Notes: generated from the letters alone by a model not told the origin. A stretch of DNA of 44,749 nucleotides from Clostridia bacterium (GCA_017463665.1 JAFTOT010000095.1:1-44749), one strand, 5' to 3'; positions 1-9,025 are shown, numbered from the stretch's first letter. Numbers and translations: made by a program.

Positions 1-30
1 AATGATTGGTTAGGAAGTTGTGCTATCGCC

Positions 31-104
31 GTAGGGGAGGCGTTTCGCCTCCCGCTTGTACAACATCTCGCCGAAGCCTGCGGGAGGGGGGACCCCTCCC
101 CTAC
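31..104. repeat. GTAG-type REP-like palindromic doublet
   Basis: GTAGGGGAGGCG-TTT-CGCCTCCC ... GGGAGGGG-GGA-CCCCTCCCCTAC: two hairpins bounded by GTAG/CTAC; similar element at 24409-24481. Confidence 0.7.
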
Positions 105-228
105 AAGATTTGTTTGACCGCCGTTACACACATAAACAATCATTTACTTCTTATGCAGCCTTTACCTTTACCGGCATAATTTTGTACTAATATAAAGGAA
201 GAAAAATTTTTCCACTTGGGAAAACGCA

Positions 229-257
229 TTGACAGTACATAAAAAAAGTAGTATAGT
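229..257 (+). promoter_or_regulatory. sigma-A promoter of the rnf operon
   Basis: TTGACA(229-234)-17 bp-TATAGT(252-257). Confidence 0.75.
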
Positions 258-338
258 ATAAAGTGCATAATCATGTGCTTAAATAGGATGCGTTTTTTTG
301 ATAAAAAGCATTAAAATTCTGGAAAGGAAGGTCACAAT

Positions 339-1664
339 ATGGCTTTTTCTCTTCATGGCGTGCATGTGCCGCATAGAAAGAAAACTGCCGCGATGCCTGC
401 CGTACGGATGGGCGTGCCGAGTTCGGTAACGCTGCCGATGGTCATGCATATCGGCAAGCCTGCGATCCCGGTCGTCAAAGTCGGCGACCACGTGGATGTC
501 GGAACGCTGATCGCCGAGCAGGACGGCAAGATCTCCTCGCCCATTTACGCAAGCGTATCGGGTAAGGTGAGCAAGATCGGCGACATGCTGCTGTCAAACG
601 GTTCCACCGCTCCCGCTGTTACGATCGAATCGGACGGCGAGATGACGGTGAGTGAAACGGTCGTTCCGCCCACGGTGGAAAACGGTTCCCATCTCATCGA
701 GGCGATCCGCAAGAGCGGTATCGTCGGACTCGGCGGTGCGGGATTCCCAACCTATGTTAAATTTGACGTGGGCGACCCGTCGAAGATCGAGGAACTGATC
801 ATCAACGGCGCCGAGTGTGAGCCGTACATCACCAGCGATACCCGCACGATGATCGATCGTGCGGACGATATGGCATTTGCTCTTCGTGCACTCGAGAAGC
901 ATCTCGGCATCAAAAAGATTTTGATCGGCATTGAAAACAACAAAAAAGAAGCGATTGCGAGCATGCAGAAGCTGGCTGCTGCGGATGAACACGTAAAGGT
1001 CTGCACGCTGCCCGCACTGTATCCGCAGGGCGGTGAAAAGGTGCTGATCTATCACACCACGGGCAAGACCGTGCCCGCGGGCAAGCTGCCGATCGACGTC
1101 GGCTGCGTTGTCTGCAACTGCACTACGCTCGCAGAGATCGGCAGATTTCTGCAGACGGGTATGCCGCTTGTCGAAAAGTGCGTTACGGTAGACGGCGGTG
1201 CGGTCAAGGAGCCGAAAAATGTGATCGTTCCCATCGGCACGGCGCTTTCGGACGTCTTTGACTTCTGCGGCGGCTTTACCGCCGATCCCGAAAAGGTTCT
1301 CTACGGCGGACCGATGATGGGCATTGCCGTGCCCGACATCACGGTTCCTGTGCTCAAGCAGACCAACGCGATCCTTGCCCTTGACAAAAAGGAAGCCGCA
1401 CCCAAAAAGACAACGGCGTGTCTGCGCTGCGGTGCTTGCGCCAACCACTGTCCCTTCCGTCTCGATCCCTGCGCGATCGCTTTTGCGTATAAGAAGCGCG
1501 ATGTGGAGGAGCTGGAGAGACTCGCGGTGGATGTTTGCATGGAATGCGGCAGCTGCGCCTTTAACTGCCCTGCGGGCAGACCGCTGATCGAGAACCACCG
1601 CCTTGCCAAGGCGCTTGTACGCGAGGCGCGCGCCGCGAGAAAAGCAAAGGAGGCGACAAAATAA
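339..1664 (+). CDS. rnfC: Rnf electron transport complex subunit C
   Basis: GIVGLGGAGFPT, INGAECEPYITSD, YPQGGEK motifs; two 4Fe-4S motifs CLRCGACANHCP and CMECGSCAFNCP. Confidence 0.97.
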   Translation: MAFSLHGVHVPHRKKTAAMPAVRMGVPSSVTLPMVMHIGKPAIPVVKVGDHVDVGTLIAEQDGKISSPIYASVSGKVSKIGDMLLSNGSTAPAVTIESDGEMTVSETVVPPTVENGSHLIEAIRKSGIVGLGGAGFPTYVKFDVGDPSKIEELIINGAECEPYITSDTRTMIDRADDMAFALRALEKHLGIKKILIGIENNKKEAIASMQKLAAADEHVKVCTLPALYPQGGEKVLIYHTTGKTVPAGKLPIDVGCVVCNCTTLAEIGRFLQTGMPLVEKCVTVDGGAVKEPKNVIVPIGTALSDVFDFCGGFTADPEKVLYGGPMMGIAVPDITVPVLKQTNAILALDKKEAAPKKTTACLRCGACANHCPFRLDPCAIAFAYKKRDVEELERLAVDVCMECGSCAFNCPAGRPLIENHRLAKALVREARAARKAKEATK

Positions 1665-2593
1665 TGGATTCTAAGCTGCATGTTTCTGCGTCCCCGCACA
1701 TTCACAGTGCGCGCACCACACAGAGCGTTATGCTCGATGTGGTTATTGCGCTCGTGCCCGCGGCGGTCGCAGGCGTGATCCTGTTCGGACTTTCGGCACT
1801 GTGGGTGATCGTTTGCTGCGTTGCGGCGGCGGTGCTGTCCGAATTTATCTTCAATTTGATTCTCAAAAAAGAACAGACGGTCGGTGACCTCAGTGCCGTC
1901 GTTACGGGACTTCTGCTCGCACTGAATCTGCCCGCGAATATCCCGCTGTGGCAGGCGGCGGTCGGCTCGGTATTTGCCATCATCGTGGTCAAATGTCTCT
2001 TCGGCGGGCTCGGTCACAACCTTGTGAACCCCGCCATCACCGCGCGCGTGTTCATGCTGGTTGCCTTTGGCTCAATGGCACAGGCGGCATTCCCCGTGGA
2101 TGCGGTCGCAGGTGCAACGCCGCTGGTAGAGCTGGCGGCAGGGAACAGCCCCTCGCTGCTCGATCTTTTCCTCGGCAACACAGGCGGCGCGATCGGCGAG
2201 ACCTGCACATTAGCACTGCTGATCGGCGGTATCTATCTGCTCGTGCGCCGCGTGATCTCCTGGCATCTGCCTGTAGCTTTCATCGGTACGGTATTCCTGT
2301 TTACATTGGCACCGGTCGGCTTTGACTTCACCAGCGCGCTTGCATGGACGCTCTCGGGCGGACTGTTTATCGGCGCGATCTTTATGGCGACCGACTACGT
2401 CACCTCTCCCGCAACGCCGCTCGGCATGTTCGTGTTCGGCGTACTGGCGGGTGTACTTACCGTTGTGATCCGCTTCTATGGCAACTATCCCGAGGGCGTA
2501 TCCTTCGCGATCCTGTTTATGAACATCCTGACGCCCTTTATCGACAAATGGACGGCGCGCAAGCCCTTCGGTACGGGAGGTGTCAAAGCATGA
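1664..2593 (+). CDS. rnfD: Rnf complex subunit D
   Basis: Polytopic membrane protein with SPHI, FGGLG.N..NPA, FMN site DAVAGATPL, MATDYVTSP, YPEGVSFAIL. Confidence 0.96.
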   Translation: MDSKLHVSASPHIHSARTTQSVMLDVVIALVPAAVAGVILFGLSALWVIVCCVAAAVLSEFIFNLILKKEQTVGDLSAVVTGLLLALNLPANIPLWQAAVGSVFAIIVVKCLFGGLGHNLVNPAITARVFMLVAFGSMAQAAFPVDAVAGATPLVELAAGNSPSLLDLFLGNTGGAIGETCTLALLIGGIYLLVRRVISWHLPVAFIGTVFLFTLAPVGFDFTSALAWTLSGGLFIGAIFMATDYVTSPATPLGMFVFGVLAGVLTVVIRFYGNYPEGVSFAILFMNILTPFIDKWTARKPFGTGGVKA

Positions 2594-3762
2594 ATAAGAA
2601 TGTAAAAAACATTGTAGTGCTCACGTCGGTCTGCGCAGTCGTTGCGCTGCTCTTGGCGGTGACAAACTACATCACGGCTCCCATCATTGCAAAGCAGCAG
2701 GAGGCTGCCGCCAATGAGGCATTGCTGGTGGTTATGCCGGGCGGTGAGGACTTCGCTGCGGTAGACCTCTCGGCTTATGCGCTGCCCGCTACGGTCACCG
2801 AGGCGTACAGCGAAAAGAACGGCGGCTATGTATTCAAGCTCACCACGGCGGGCTATTCCTCGGGCATGGTCATCATGTGCGGCGTGGATGCAAGCGGCAA
2901 AGTAACGGGCGCAACCTGCCTTTCCAGCGGCGAAACGCTCGGATATGAAAAGACCTACGGCGACACGGTCGTCGGCGCAACTGCGGACAGCGTGGATGCG
3001 CTCGATACGGTCGGCGGCGCGACCAAGACCACTGCGGCATACCGCGGCGCGGTCAAGGATGCGCTGAACGCGGCGATCATTCTCGGCGGCGGCTCGGTCG
3101 ATATCCGCAGCGAGGAGGAGATCCTTGCCGACAACCTCACCGCGGCGTTACCCGCAGGCGATGGAAAATTCACTTCGGTATTCATTACCGAGGAGCTGAA
3201 CGATATCTCCGCGATCTACGCGGCGGATAACTGCGCAGGCTACGTCTATGTCAGCGGCGAGCATTTCGTCGGTGTGGACAAGGACGGAAACGTCGTTTCC
3301 GAGGTTTCCGAAGAGCTGCGCACCAAGGTTTCCGATGCGGCAAAGATCATGCTGGCATCCACGACCGAAGATATCGACCTCAGCGCGTATGCGGATATGC
3401 CTTCGCAGGTTCTTTCCGCAAAGAAGACTGCAAGCGGCAACTATGTATTCGAGCTGCGTGCAGCGGGCTTTGGCATTAACGGTAGCGCCTACTACAATCC
3501 CTCGGGCGAGTATATCTATATTCGCGTTTTGGCGACTGCGGCGGGCAAGATCATTGCCTGTGAGACGGTTTCGCAGAAGGAGACCGACGGCGTCGGCTCG
3601 GCTTGCGCGAACGCAGACTTCTATACACAGTTCAACGGAAAAGAAGAAAGCAACTATAAGGAGATCGACGCGATCAGCGGCGCGACCGTCACGACAAACG
3701 GCTATAAGACGGCAATTTCCAAGGTGTTTACCGCCGTTAAAATTCTGGAAGGAGAGGCTTGA
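2590..3762 (+). CDS. rnfG: Rnf complex subunit G with two FMN-binding domains (390 aa)
   Basis: ATG 2590 overlaps the rnfD stop; N-terminal TM then TAPII; ETLGY...DTVGGATKTT and a second ETDGVG...DAISGATVTT; sits between rnfD and rnfE. Confidence 0.88.
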   Translation: MNKNVKNIVVLTSVCAVVALLLAVTNYITAPIIAKQQEAAANEALLVVMPGGEDFAAVDLSAYALPATVTEAYSEKNGGYVFKLTTAGYSSGMVIMCGVDASGKVTGATCLSSGETLGYEKTYGDTVVGATADSVDALDTVGGATKTTAAYRGAVKDALNAAIILGGGSVDIRSEEEILADNLTAALPAGDGKFTSVFITEELNDISAIYAADNCAGYVYVSGEHFVGVDKDGNVVSEVSEELRTKVSDAAKIMLASTTEDIDLSAYADMPSQVLSAKKTASGNYVFELRAAGFGINGSAYYNPSGEYIYIRVLATAAGKIIACETVSQKETDGVGSACANADFYTQFNGKEESNYKEIDAISGATVTTNGYKTAISKVFTAVKILEGEA

Positions 3763-3764
3763 GT

Positions 3765-4460
3765 ATGCAAAAGAACAGTAACGCTTCCGTTTTACTCCGA
3801 GGTCTCCTTTTGGAGAACCCGGTTTTCGTCCTGATCCTCGGCACCTGCCCCACGCTCGCCACCACTACAACGGTGATCGGCGCGCTCAGCATGGGACTTG
3901 CGGCAATGGCGGTTCTGATCTGCTCCAACGCGGTCATTTCGCTGCTGCGAAAAGTGATCCCCGACGGTGTGCGCATCCCTTGCTACATCGTCATCATCGC
4001 GGGCTTTGTCACCATGGTGCAGATGTTCGTGCAGGCGTTTTTGCCTGAGATCTATGAGCTGCTCGGCGTGTATCTCGCGCTGATCACGGTCAACTGCATC
4101 ATCCTCGGCCGCGCCGAGATGTTTGCAAGCAAAAATACCGTGGGCAAATCCGTGCTCGACGGCGTGGGCATGGGACTCGGCTTTACGCTGGCTTTGCTTG
4201 CGATGGCGACCGTGCGTGAAGTGCTCGGCAGCGGCTCCTTTGCGGGCATTGCGCTTCCGTTTTTCAGCACGCACACTATTTCGTTCTTTGTGAAGGCTCC
4301 CGGCGGCATGCTGGTCTACGGCGTGATGATCGCCATTGTCACAAAGCTTACCCACGGCAAAGCGCCGAAGAAAAAGAGCTTTGCCTGCGCGGGATGCCCC
4401 TCGGCTGCCATGTGCAATGCTTCGGCATGCGAAACTTCTGCTGTAAAGGAGGACAACTGA
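3765..4460 (+). CDS. rnfE: Rnf complex subunit E, with Cys-rich C-terminal tail
   Basis: ENPVFVLILGTCPTLA, LITVNCIILGRAE; RBS GGAGAGG at 3751. Confidence 0.95.
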   Translation: MQKNSNASVLLRGLLLENPVFVLILGTCPTLATTTTVIGALSMGLAAMAVLICSNAVISLLRKVIPDGVRIPCYIVIIAGFVTMVQMFVQAFLPEIYELLGVYLALITVNCIILGRAEMFASKNTVGKSVLDGVGMGLGFTLALLAMATVREVLGSGSFAGIALPFFSTHTISFFVKAPGGMLVYGVMIAIVTKLTHGKAPKKKSFACAGCPSAAMCNASACETSAVKEDN

Positions 4461-4461
4461 G

Positions 4462-5061
4462 ATGGATACATTTAAGAATTTGATCGTGATTCTGATGTCC
4501 TCGGTACTGGTCAATAACTACGTGCTCAGCCGCTTCCTCGGCATCTGCCCGTTCCTCGGCGTTTCCAAGAAGCTCGGACAGGCAACGGGTATGGGCGTTT
4601 CGGTCATCTTTGTCATGCTGATCGCAACGCTTGTGACCTGGCCCATCCAGCACTATGTTCTCGATCCGATGAACCTCGGCTACATGCAGACCATCGTGTT
4701 TATCTTGGTTATCGCGGCGCTCGTACAGTTCGTGGAGATCGTGCTCAAAAAGTTTATGCCCGCGCTCCACAAGAGCCTCGGCGTATACCTGCCGCTGATC
4801 ACCACCAACTGCGCCGTGCTCGGTGTCACCATCAACAATATTACCGACGGCTACAACTTCGTAGAGTCGATCGTCAGCTCGCTCGGCTGCGGTCTCGGCT
4901 TCCTGCTTGCGATGGTTCTGTTCGCGGGCGTGCGTTCGAGACTCGACGAGAGCGACGTGCCCGAGTGCTTCAAGGGGCTGCCCGTCACGCTGATCGCGGC
5001 ATCCTTTGTCTCGCTTGCATTCTTTGGCTTTGCGGGTGTTGTAGACAACCTGTTTGCGTAA
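4462..5061 (+). CDS. rnfA: Rnf complex subunit A
   Basis: VNNYVLSRFLGICPFLGVS, YLPLITTNCAVLG. Confidence 0.97.
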   Translation: MDTFKNLIVILMSSVLVNNYVLSRFLGICPFLGVSKKLGQATGMGVSVIFVMLIATLVTWPIQHYVLDPMNLGYMQTIVFILVIAALVQFVEIVLKKFMPALHKSLGVYLPLITTNCAVLGVTINNITDGYNFVESIVSSLGCGLGFLLAMVLFAGVRSRLDESDVPECFKGLPVTLIAASFVSLAFFGFAGVVDNLFA

Positions 5062-5076
5062 AGGGGGAAGTGCGAT

Positions 5077-5877
5077 ATGATGAGTATTCTAACGGCACTC
5101 CTTGTGGTTGCCGCGGTCGGTCTGATCGCATCGGTTCTGCTCACCCTTGCGGCGCATTTTCTGCATGTGGATGAGGATGAAAAGGCAAAGCTGATCCGCG
5201 AGTGCCTGCCCGGTGCAAACTGCGGCGCCTGCGGCTTTACAGGCTGTGATTCTTACGCAAAAGCACTTGCTGATGGCGATGCAAAGGCAAACCTTTGCGT
5301 TCCCGGCGGTGCGGATACAGCGGGCAAGCTGTCCGAAATTCTCGGCGTTGCAGTCGAGGCGGTCGAGGCGAAGGTCGCTTTCGTGCACTGCAACGGCAAC
5401 TGCGAGGCAGCGCCCCAAAAGATGATCTACGACGGTACGCACTCCTGTAAGACGGCATCCATGCTGTACGGCGGCCCGAACGCTTGCCGCTTTGGCTGTC
5501 TCGGCTGCGGCGACTGTGCCGCTGTCTGTCCCGCGCATGCCTTCTGCATGCAGGACGGCATCGCACACGTAGACAGCCGCGCTTGTATGGGCTGCGGTGC
5601 TTGCGTAAGTGCCTGCCCCAAGCATCTGATCACGCTGGTGCCGAGGGCTGCAAAGACAGTGGTGATGTGCAGCAACACCGAAAAGGGTGCTGTTGCACGC
5701 AAGAACTGCCGAAACGCCTGCATCGGCTGCAAAAAGTGCGAGCTGAATTGCCCCGAAAAGGCGATCACGGTTACGAATAATCTCGCCGCAATTGATTACG
5801 ATAAATGTAACGGCTGCGGTGCATGCGTGGAGCTTTGCCCCATGCACTGCCTGAAAACGGCGGATTTCTCCGCGTAA
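5077..5877 (+). CDS. rnfB: Rnf complex subunit B (polyferredoxin)
   Basis: N-terminal TM, LPGANCGACGFTGC, several CxxCxxCxxxCP motifs. Confidence 0.96.
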   Translation: MMSILTALLVVAAVGLIASVLLTLAAHFLHVDEDEKAKLIRECLPGANCGACGFTGCDSYAKALADGDAKANLCVPGGADTAGKLSEILGVAVEAVEAKVAFVHCNGNCEAAPQKMIYDGTHSCKTASMLYGGPNACRFGCLGCGDCAAVCPAHAFCMQDGIAHVDSRACMGCGACVSACPKHLITLVPRAAKTVVMCSNTEKGAVARKNCRNACIGCKKCELNCPEKAITVTNNLAAIDYDKCNGCGACVELCPMHCLKTADFSA

Positions 5878-5891
5878 AATTCGGGTAAGAG

Positions 5892-6278
5892 ATGGGAACA
5901 AACGATCGTAAAAAAATTCGCAATGACATCATCCTTGCCGTCGTCCTGCTTGCAGTGGCGGCGGCAGCGATGCTGTTTTGGCATTTCGGCAAAGTCGAGG
6001 GCGACTTCGCCGTGGTGCTGATCGACGGCGTCGAGACCGCGCGCTATGCGCTGGATACCGACACCGAGGTGGTCATCCATACCGACAACGCGGGCGAAAA
6101 CACGCTCGTGATCGCGGGCGGAAAAGCATATGTAGGAGCGGCAAACTGCCCCGACCTTGTTTGCGCGGGGCACCGCGCGATTTCCCGCGTGGGGGAAACC
6201 ATCGTCTGCCTGCCGCATAAACTGGTCATCAAGATCACGGCGGCATCGGACGCGGGCGGCGTGGATATGGCGGCATAA
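5892..6278 (+). CDS. NusG domain II / DUF1312 membrane-anchored protein (EetA-like)
   Basis: N-terminal TM; N.L.I..G...V..ANCPD..C...G.TIVCLPHKLVI signature. Confidence 0.85.
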   Translation: MGTNDRKKIRNDIILAVVLLAVAAAAMLFWHFGKVEGDFAVVLIDGVETARYALDTDTEVVIHTDNAGENTLVIAGGKAYVGAANCPDLVCAGHRAISRVGETIVCLPHKLVIKITAASDAGGVDMAA

Positions 6279-6297
6279 TATAAAGTAGGAGAGGGAC

Positions 6298-6801
6298 ATG
6301 CAAGGAAAAGCCAAAAAACTGACCTTTTTGAGCCTTGCGGCGGCGGTCGCGCTGATTCTCTCCTATGTGGAGGTGCTCCTGCCGCCGATCGTCACGGCAG
6401 TGCCGGGGATAAAGATCGGGCTGCCCAACATTGTGATTATCTTTCTGCTCTACCGCTTCGGCGTAAAGGACGCAGCCGCCGTGTCGGCGGTTCGCCTTGC
6501 GGCGGTAACGCTGCTGTTCGGCAATCCCGTGATGCTCATTTACAGTATCGCGGGCGCGGCACTCAGCCTTGCGCTGATGGCGCTGTGCAAAAAATGCGGA
6601 CTCTTTTCCGCTGTAGGCGTGAGCATCGTCGGCGGCGTTTCGCACAATCTCGGACAGATCCTTGTGGCAATGCTGCTGCTGGAAACGGCGGAGATCGGCT
6701 ATTATATGATCGTTTTGGCGGTCAGCGGTACTGTGGCGGGTATTTTCATCGGTCTTGCCGGTATGGCTGTATTAAAAGCGATGAAAAATGTACGATTCTA
6801 A
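6298..6801 (+). CDS. Gx transporter family protein (ECF S-component-like, EetB-like; often annotated heptaprenyl diphosphate synthase component I)
   Basis: LSYVE.LLP...PGIKIGLPN, GVSIVGGVSHNLGQ; hydrophobic; follows the NusG-II gene as is usual. Confidence 0.85.
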   Translation: MQGKAKKLTFLSLAAAVALILSYVEVLLPPIVTAVPGIKIGLPNIVIIFLLYRFGVKDAAAVSAVRLAAVTLLFGNPVMLIYSIAGAALSLALMALCKKCGLFSAVGVSIVGGVSHNLGQILVAMLLLETAEIGYYMIVLAVSGTVAGIFIGLAGMAVLKAMKNVRF

Positions 6802-6819
6802 GCATTTTGGGTATAATAG

Positions 6820-6848
6820 TTGACAAAGCAGTGCTTTTATGGCATAAT
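6820..6848 (+). promoter_or_regulatory. Internal sigma-A promoter for the lipoprotein gene
   Basis: TTGACA(6820-6825)-17 bp-CATAAT(6843-6848) with extended -10 TG. Confidence 0.7.
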
Positions 6849-6896
6849 CTTTTTAGTATGATATCCCCAAAAATTGTAAACAAGGAGAAAATCAAC

Positions 6897-7895
6897 ATGA
6901 AGAAGATCCTTACATTGGCGCTTGCCGCGCTCATGCTGCTGTCGGCGCTGTCGCTGACCGCTTGCGGCAAGGCAGAAGAACTGAAGCTCGGTATGGGCGT
7001 ATACGCTTATATGAGCAAGGCGACCGATGCCGACGGTGATACCAACGGCGAGGGCGAAGTTGTCGCAACCGCGGCGGCTGTTCTGGTTGATGCAAGCGGC
7101 AAGATCCTCAAGTGCGTTATCGACACCGCAGACAACAAGGTTGCATACACCTCCGCGGGTGAGGCTGTTGCAGCAGGTGAGTTCAAGACCAAGTATGAGC
7201 AGGGCGATGCATATGGCATGAAGGCGTATGCAGGTTCCGCGAAAGAGTGGTATGAGCAGGCAGACGCTTTTGCAGCGTTGACCATCGGCAAGACGGTCGC
7301 TGAGGTCAAGGCGCTGGTTGCCGACGGCGGCAAGGGTACCGACGCTGTCATCAGCGCAGGCTGCACCATCGCTGTTACCGATTTTGCGATGGCAGTGGAA
7401 AAGGCAGTAGCAAACGCCGCTGATTCGTCCGCGACCAAGGACGATGCACTGCAGATCGGCGTTGTCACCGCGCAGACCACCAAGAATGCATCCGAAGAAG
7501 CCAACGGTGCAAACGAAGTCGTGACGACCTTTGTTGCAGCGGCTGTTAAGGAAGGCAAGGTTACCGCGCAGACGACCGATGTTCTGGACGTTACGTTCAC
7601 CTTTGATGCAAAGGGTGCTTCCACAGCCGATACCGCTGCCGCACTCACCACCAAGAAAGAGGCGGGTGCTAACTACGGTATGGCAAGCTACGGCGCTGAC
7701 CTCAACGGCGACGGTACCGTGAAGGAGTGGTATGAGCAGGCAGACGCATTCAACACTGCATGCGTTGGCAAGACCTCTGCTGAGATCGCTGCACTGGCAG
7801 TAGATACCGGTTACGGTGTGGAGTCGCTCCAGACCGCAGGCTGCACCATCAACGTCAGCGACCTGGTAAAAGCTGCTGTTAAAGCTGCAAAATAA
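6897..7895 (+). CDS. Lipoprotein with two tandem FMN-binding-type (flavinylation) repeats
   Basis: RBS AAGGAG; lipobox LTAC; two ~160-aa repeats K.....YGM...KEWYEQADAF...GKT...[S/T]AGCTI; next to apbE. Confidence 0.75.
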   Translation: MKKILTLALAALMLLSALSLTACGKAEELKLGMGVYAYMSKATDADGDTNGEGEVVATAAAVLVDASGKILKCVIDTADNKVAYTSAGEAVAAGEFKTKYEQGDAYGMKAYAGSAKEWYEQADAFAALTIGKTVAEVKALVADGGKGTDAVISAGCTIAVTDFAMAVEKAVANAADSSATKDDALQIGVVTAQTTKNASEEANGANEVVTTFVAAAVKEGKVTAQTTDVLDVTFTFDAKGASTADTAAALTTKKEAGANYGMASYGADLNGDGTVKEWYEQADAFNTACVGKTSAEIAALAVDTGYGVESLQTAGCTINVSDLVKAAVKAAK

Positions 7896-7905
7896 TAGTG
7901 TACGC

Positions 7906-7935
7906 ACAAAAGGGTGCCGGATGGCACCCTTTTGT
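7906..7935 (+). terminator. Terminator-like hairpin between lipoprotein gene and apbE
   Basis: ACAAAAGGGTGCC-GGAT-GGCACCCTTTTGT. Confidence 0.7.
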
Positions 7936-7954
7936 TGTAAATGAAAGGCGAAAA

Positions 7955-9025
7955 ATGATGCGTAAAATGCGTTTTGCGGCTTTGCTGCTGGCACTGCTGC
8001 TTTTTTGCAGTATGGTTGCCTGCAAAAAACAGAGCGGAAAAACCAAATATTCGGCGTACTATTTTGATTATTTTGACACGGTGACCACGGTGGTCGGCTA
8101 TGCCGATTCCAAGGACGAGTTTGACCGCGTCTGCGCGAGCATCACGGCGCAGCTGGAGGAATACCACCGTCTGTATACGATCTACAACCGCTATGAAGGG
8201 TTAAACAATCTGTATACTGTCAACGAAACAGAGGACGGTGTGCACAATGTCGTACAGGTGGATGAAAAGATCATGGATCTGCTCCTCTATGCCAAGGAGA
8301 TCTATACGCTGACGGGCGGCAGGACCAATATAGCCATGGGCAGTGTGCTCTCGATATGGCACGAGTACCGCGAAGCGGGGATGCATGATCCTGCAGGGGC
8401 AGAATTGCCGCCCATGGACGCGCTGCGCGCCGCAGCGGAGCATACCGATATCGAGCAGATGATCCTCGACACCGAGAATAACACGGTGTTCCTTGCCGAT
8501 CCCGAAATGCGTCTGGACGTCGGGGCGATCGCAAAGGGATACGCCGTGGAGATGGTTGCGCAGCAGCTTACGGCGGATGGCATCGAGGGGTACATCCTCA
8601 ATGTCGGCGGCAATGTGCGCGCCATCGGCACTGCCGATGGCGACGAGCCGTGGTCGGTCGGCATCGAGAATCCCGATACCGAGGATACCGAAACGCCGTA
8701 CATCGCCTATCTGCATCTGTCGGATGCCGCAGTCGTGACCAGCGGCTCCTATCAGCGCTACTATGTGGTGGACGGCAAAAACTATCATCACATCATCGAC
8801 CCCGAAACGCTGCTGCCCGGTGAAAAATACCTCGCGGTCTCCGTGTTGTGCCGTGACAGCGCCCTCGGCGACGCGCTTTCCACCGCGCTCTTTCTCATGG
8901 ATTGGGAAGAGGGGCGCGCGCTCGTAGAATTCACTCCCAATGTTGAAGCCATGTGGACGCTCCCCGGCGGCGAGCAAAAGTATTCCTCGGGATTTGAAGC
9001 CTATACGTTTGCAATGGAAAAGTAA
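7955..9025 (+). CDS. apbE: FAD:protein FMN transferase (ApbE), lipoprotein
   Basis: Lipobox MVAC; FDT, LDVGAIAKGYA, NVGGNV, VVTSGSYQRY, YHHIIDP.T, DALSTALF. Confidence 0.95.
   Translation: MMRKMRFAALLLALLLFCSMVACKKQSGKTKYSAYYFDYFDTVTTVVGYADSKDEFDRVCASITAQLEEYHRLYTIYNRYEGLNNLYTVNETEDGVHNVVQVDEKIMDLLLYAKEIYTLTGGRTNIAMGSVLSIWHEYREAGMHDPAGAELPPMDALRAAAEHTDIEQMILDTENNTVFLADPEMRLDVGAIAKGYAVEMVAQQLTADGIEGYILNVGGNVRAIGTADGDEPWSVGIENPDTEDTETPYIAYLHLSDAAVVTSGSYQRYYVVDGKNYHHIIDPETLLPGEKYLAVSVLCRDSALGDALSTALFLMDWEEGRALVEFTPNVEAMWTLPGGEQKYSSGFEAYTFAMEK

Noticed and set aside
2344-2589. Upstream extensions in the ORF track (2344, 6585, 7898, 22153, 29114, 35317, 41284)
   Set aside because: They overlap upstream genes or promoters; downstream starts have better RBSs and signal peptides.
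7245-7850. Direct repeats as a possible CRISPR array or mobile element ends
   Set aside because: They are in-frame parts of a protein domain duplication. No CRISPR array, tRNA, rRNA, integrase or transposase was seen in the window.
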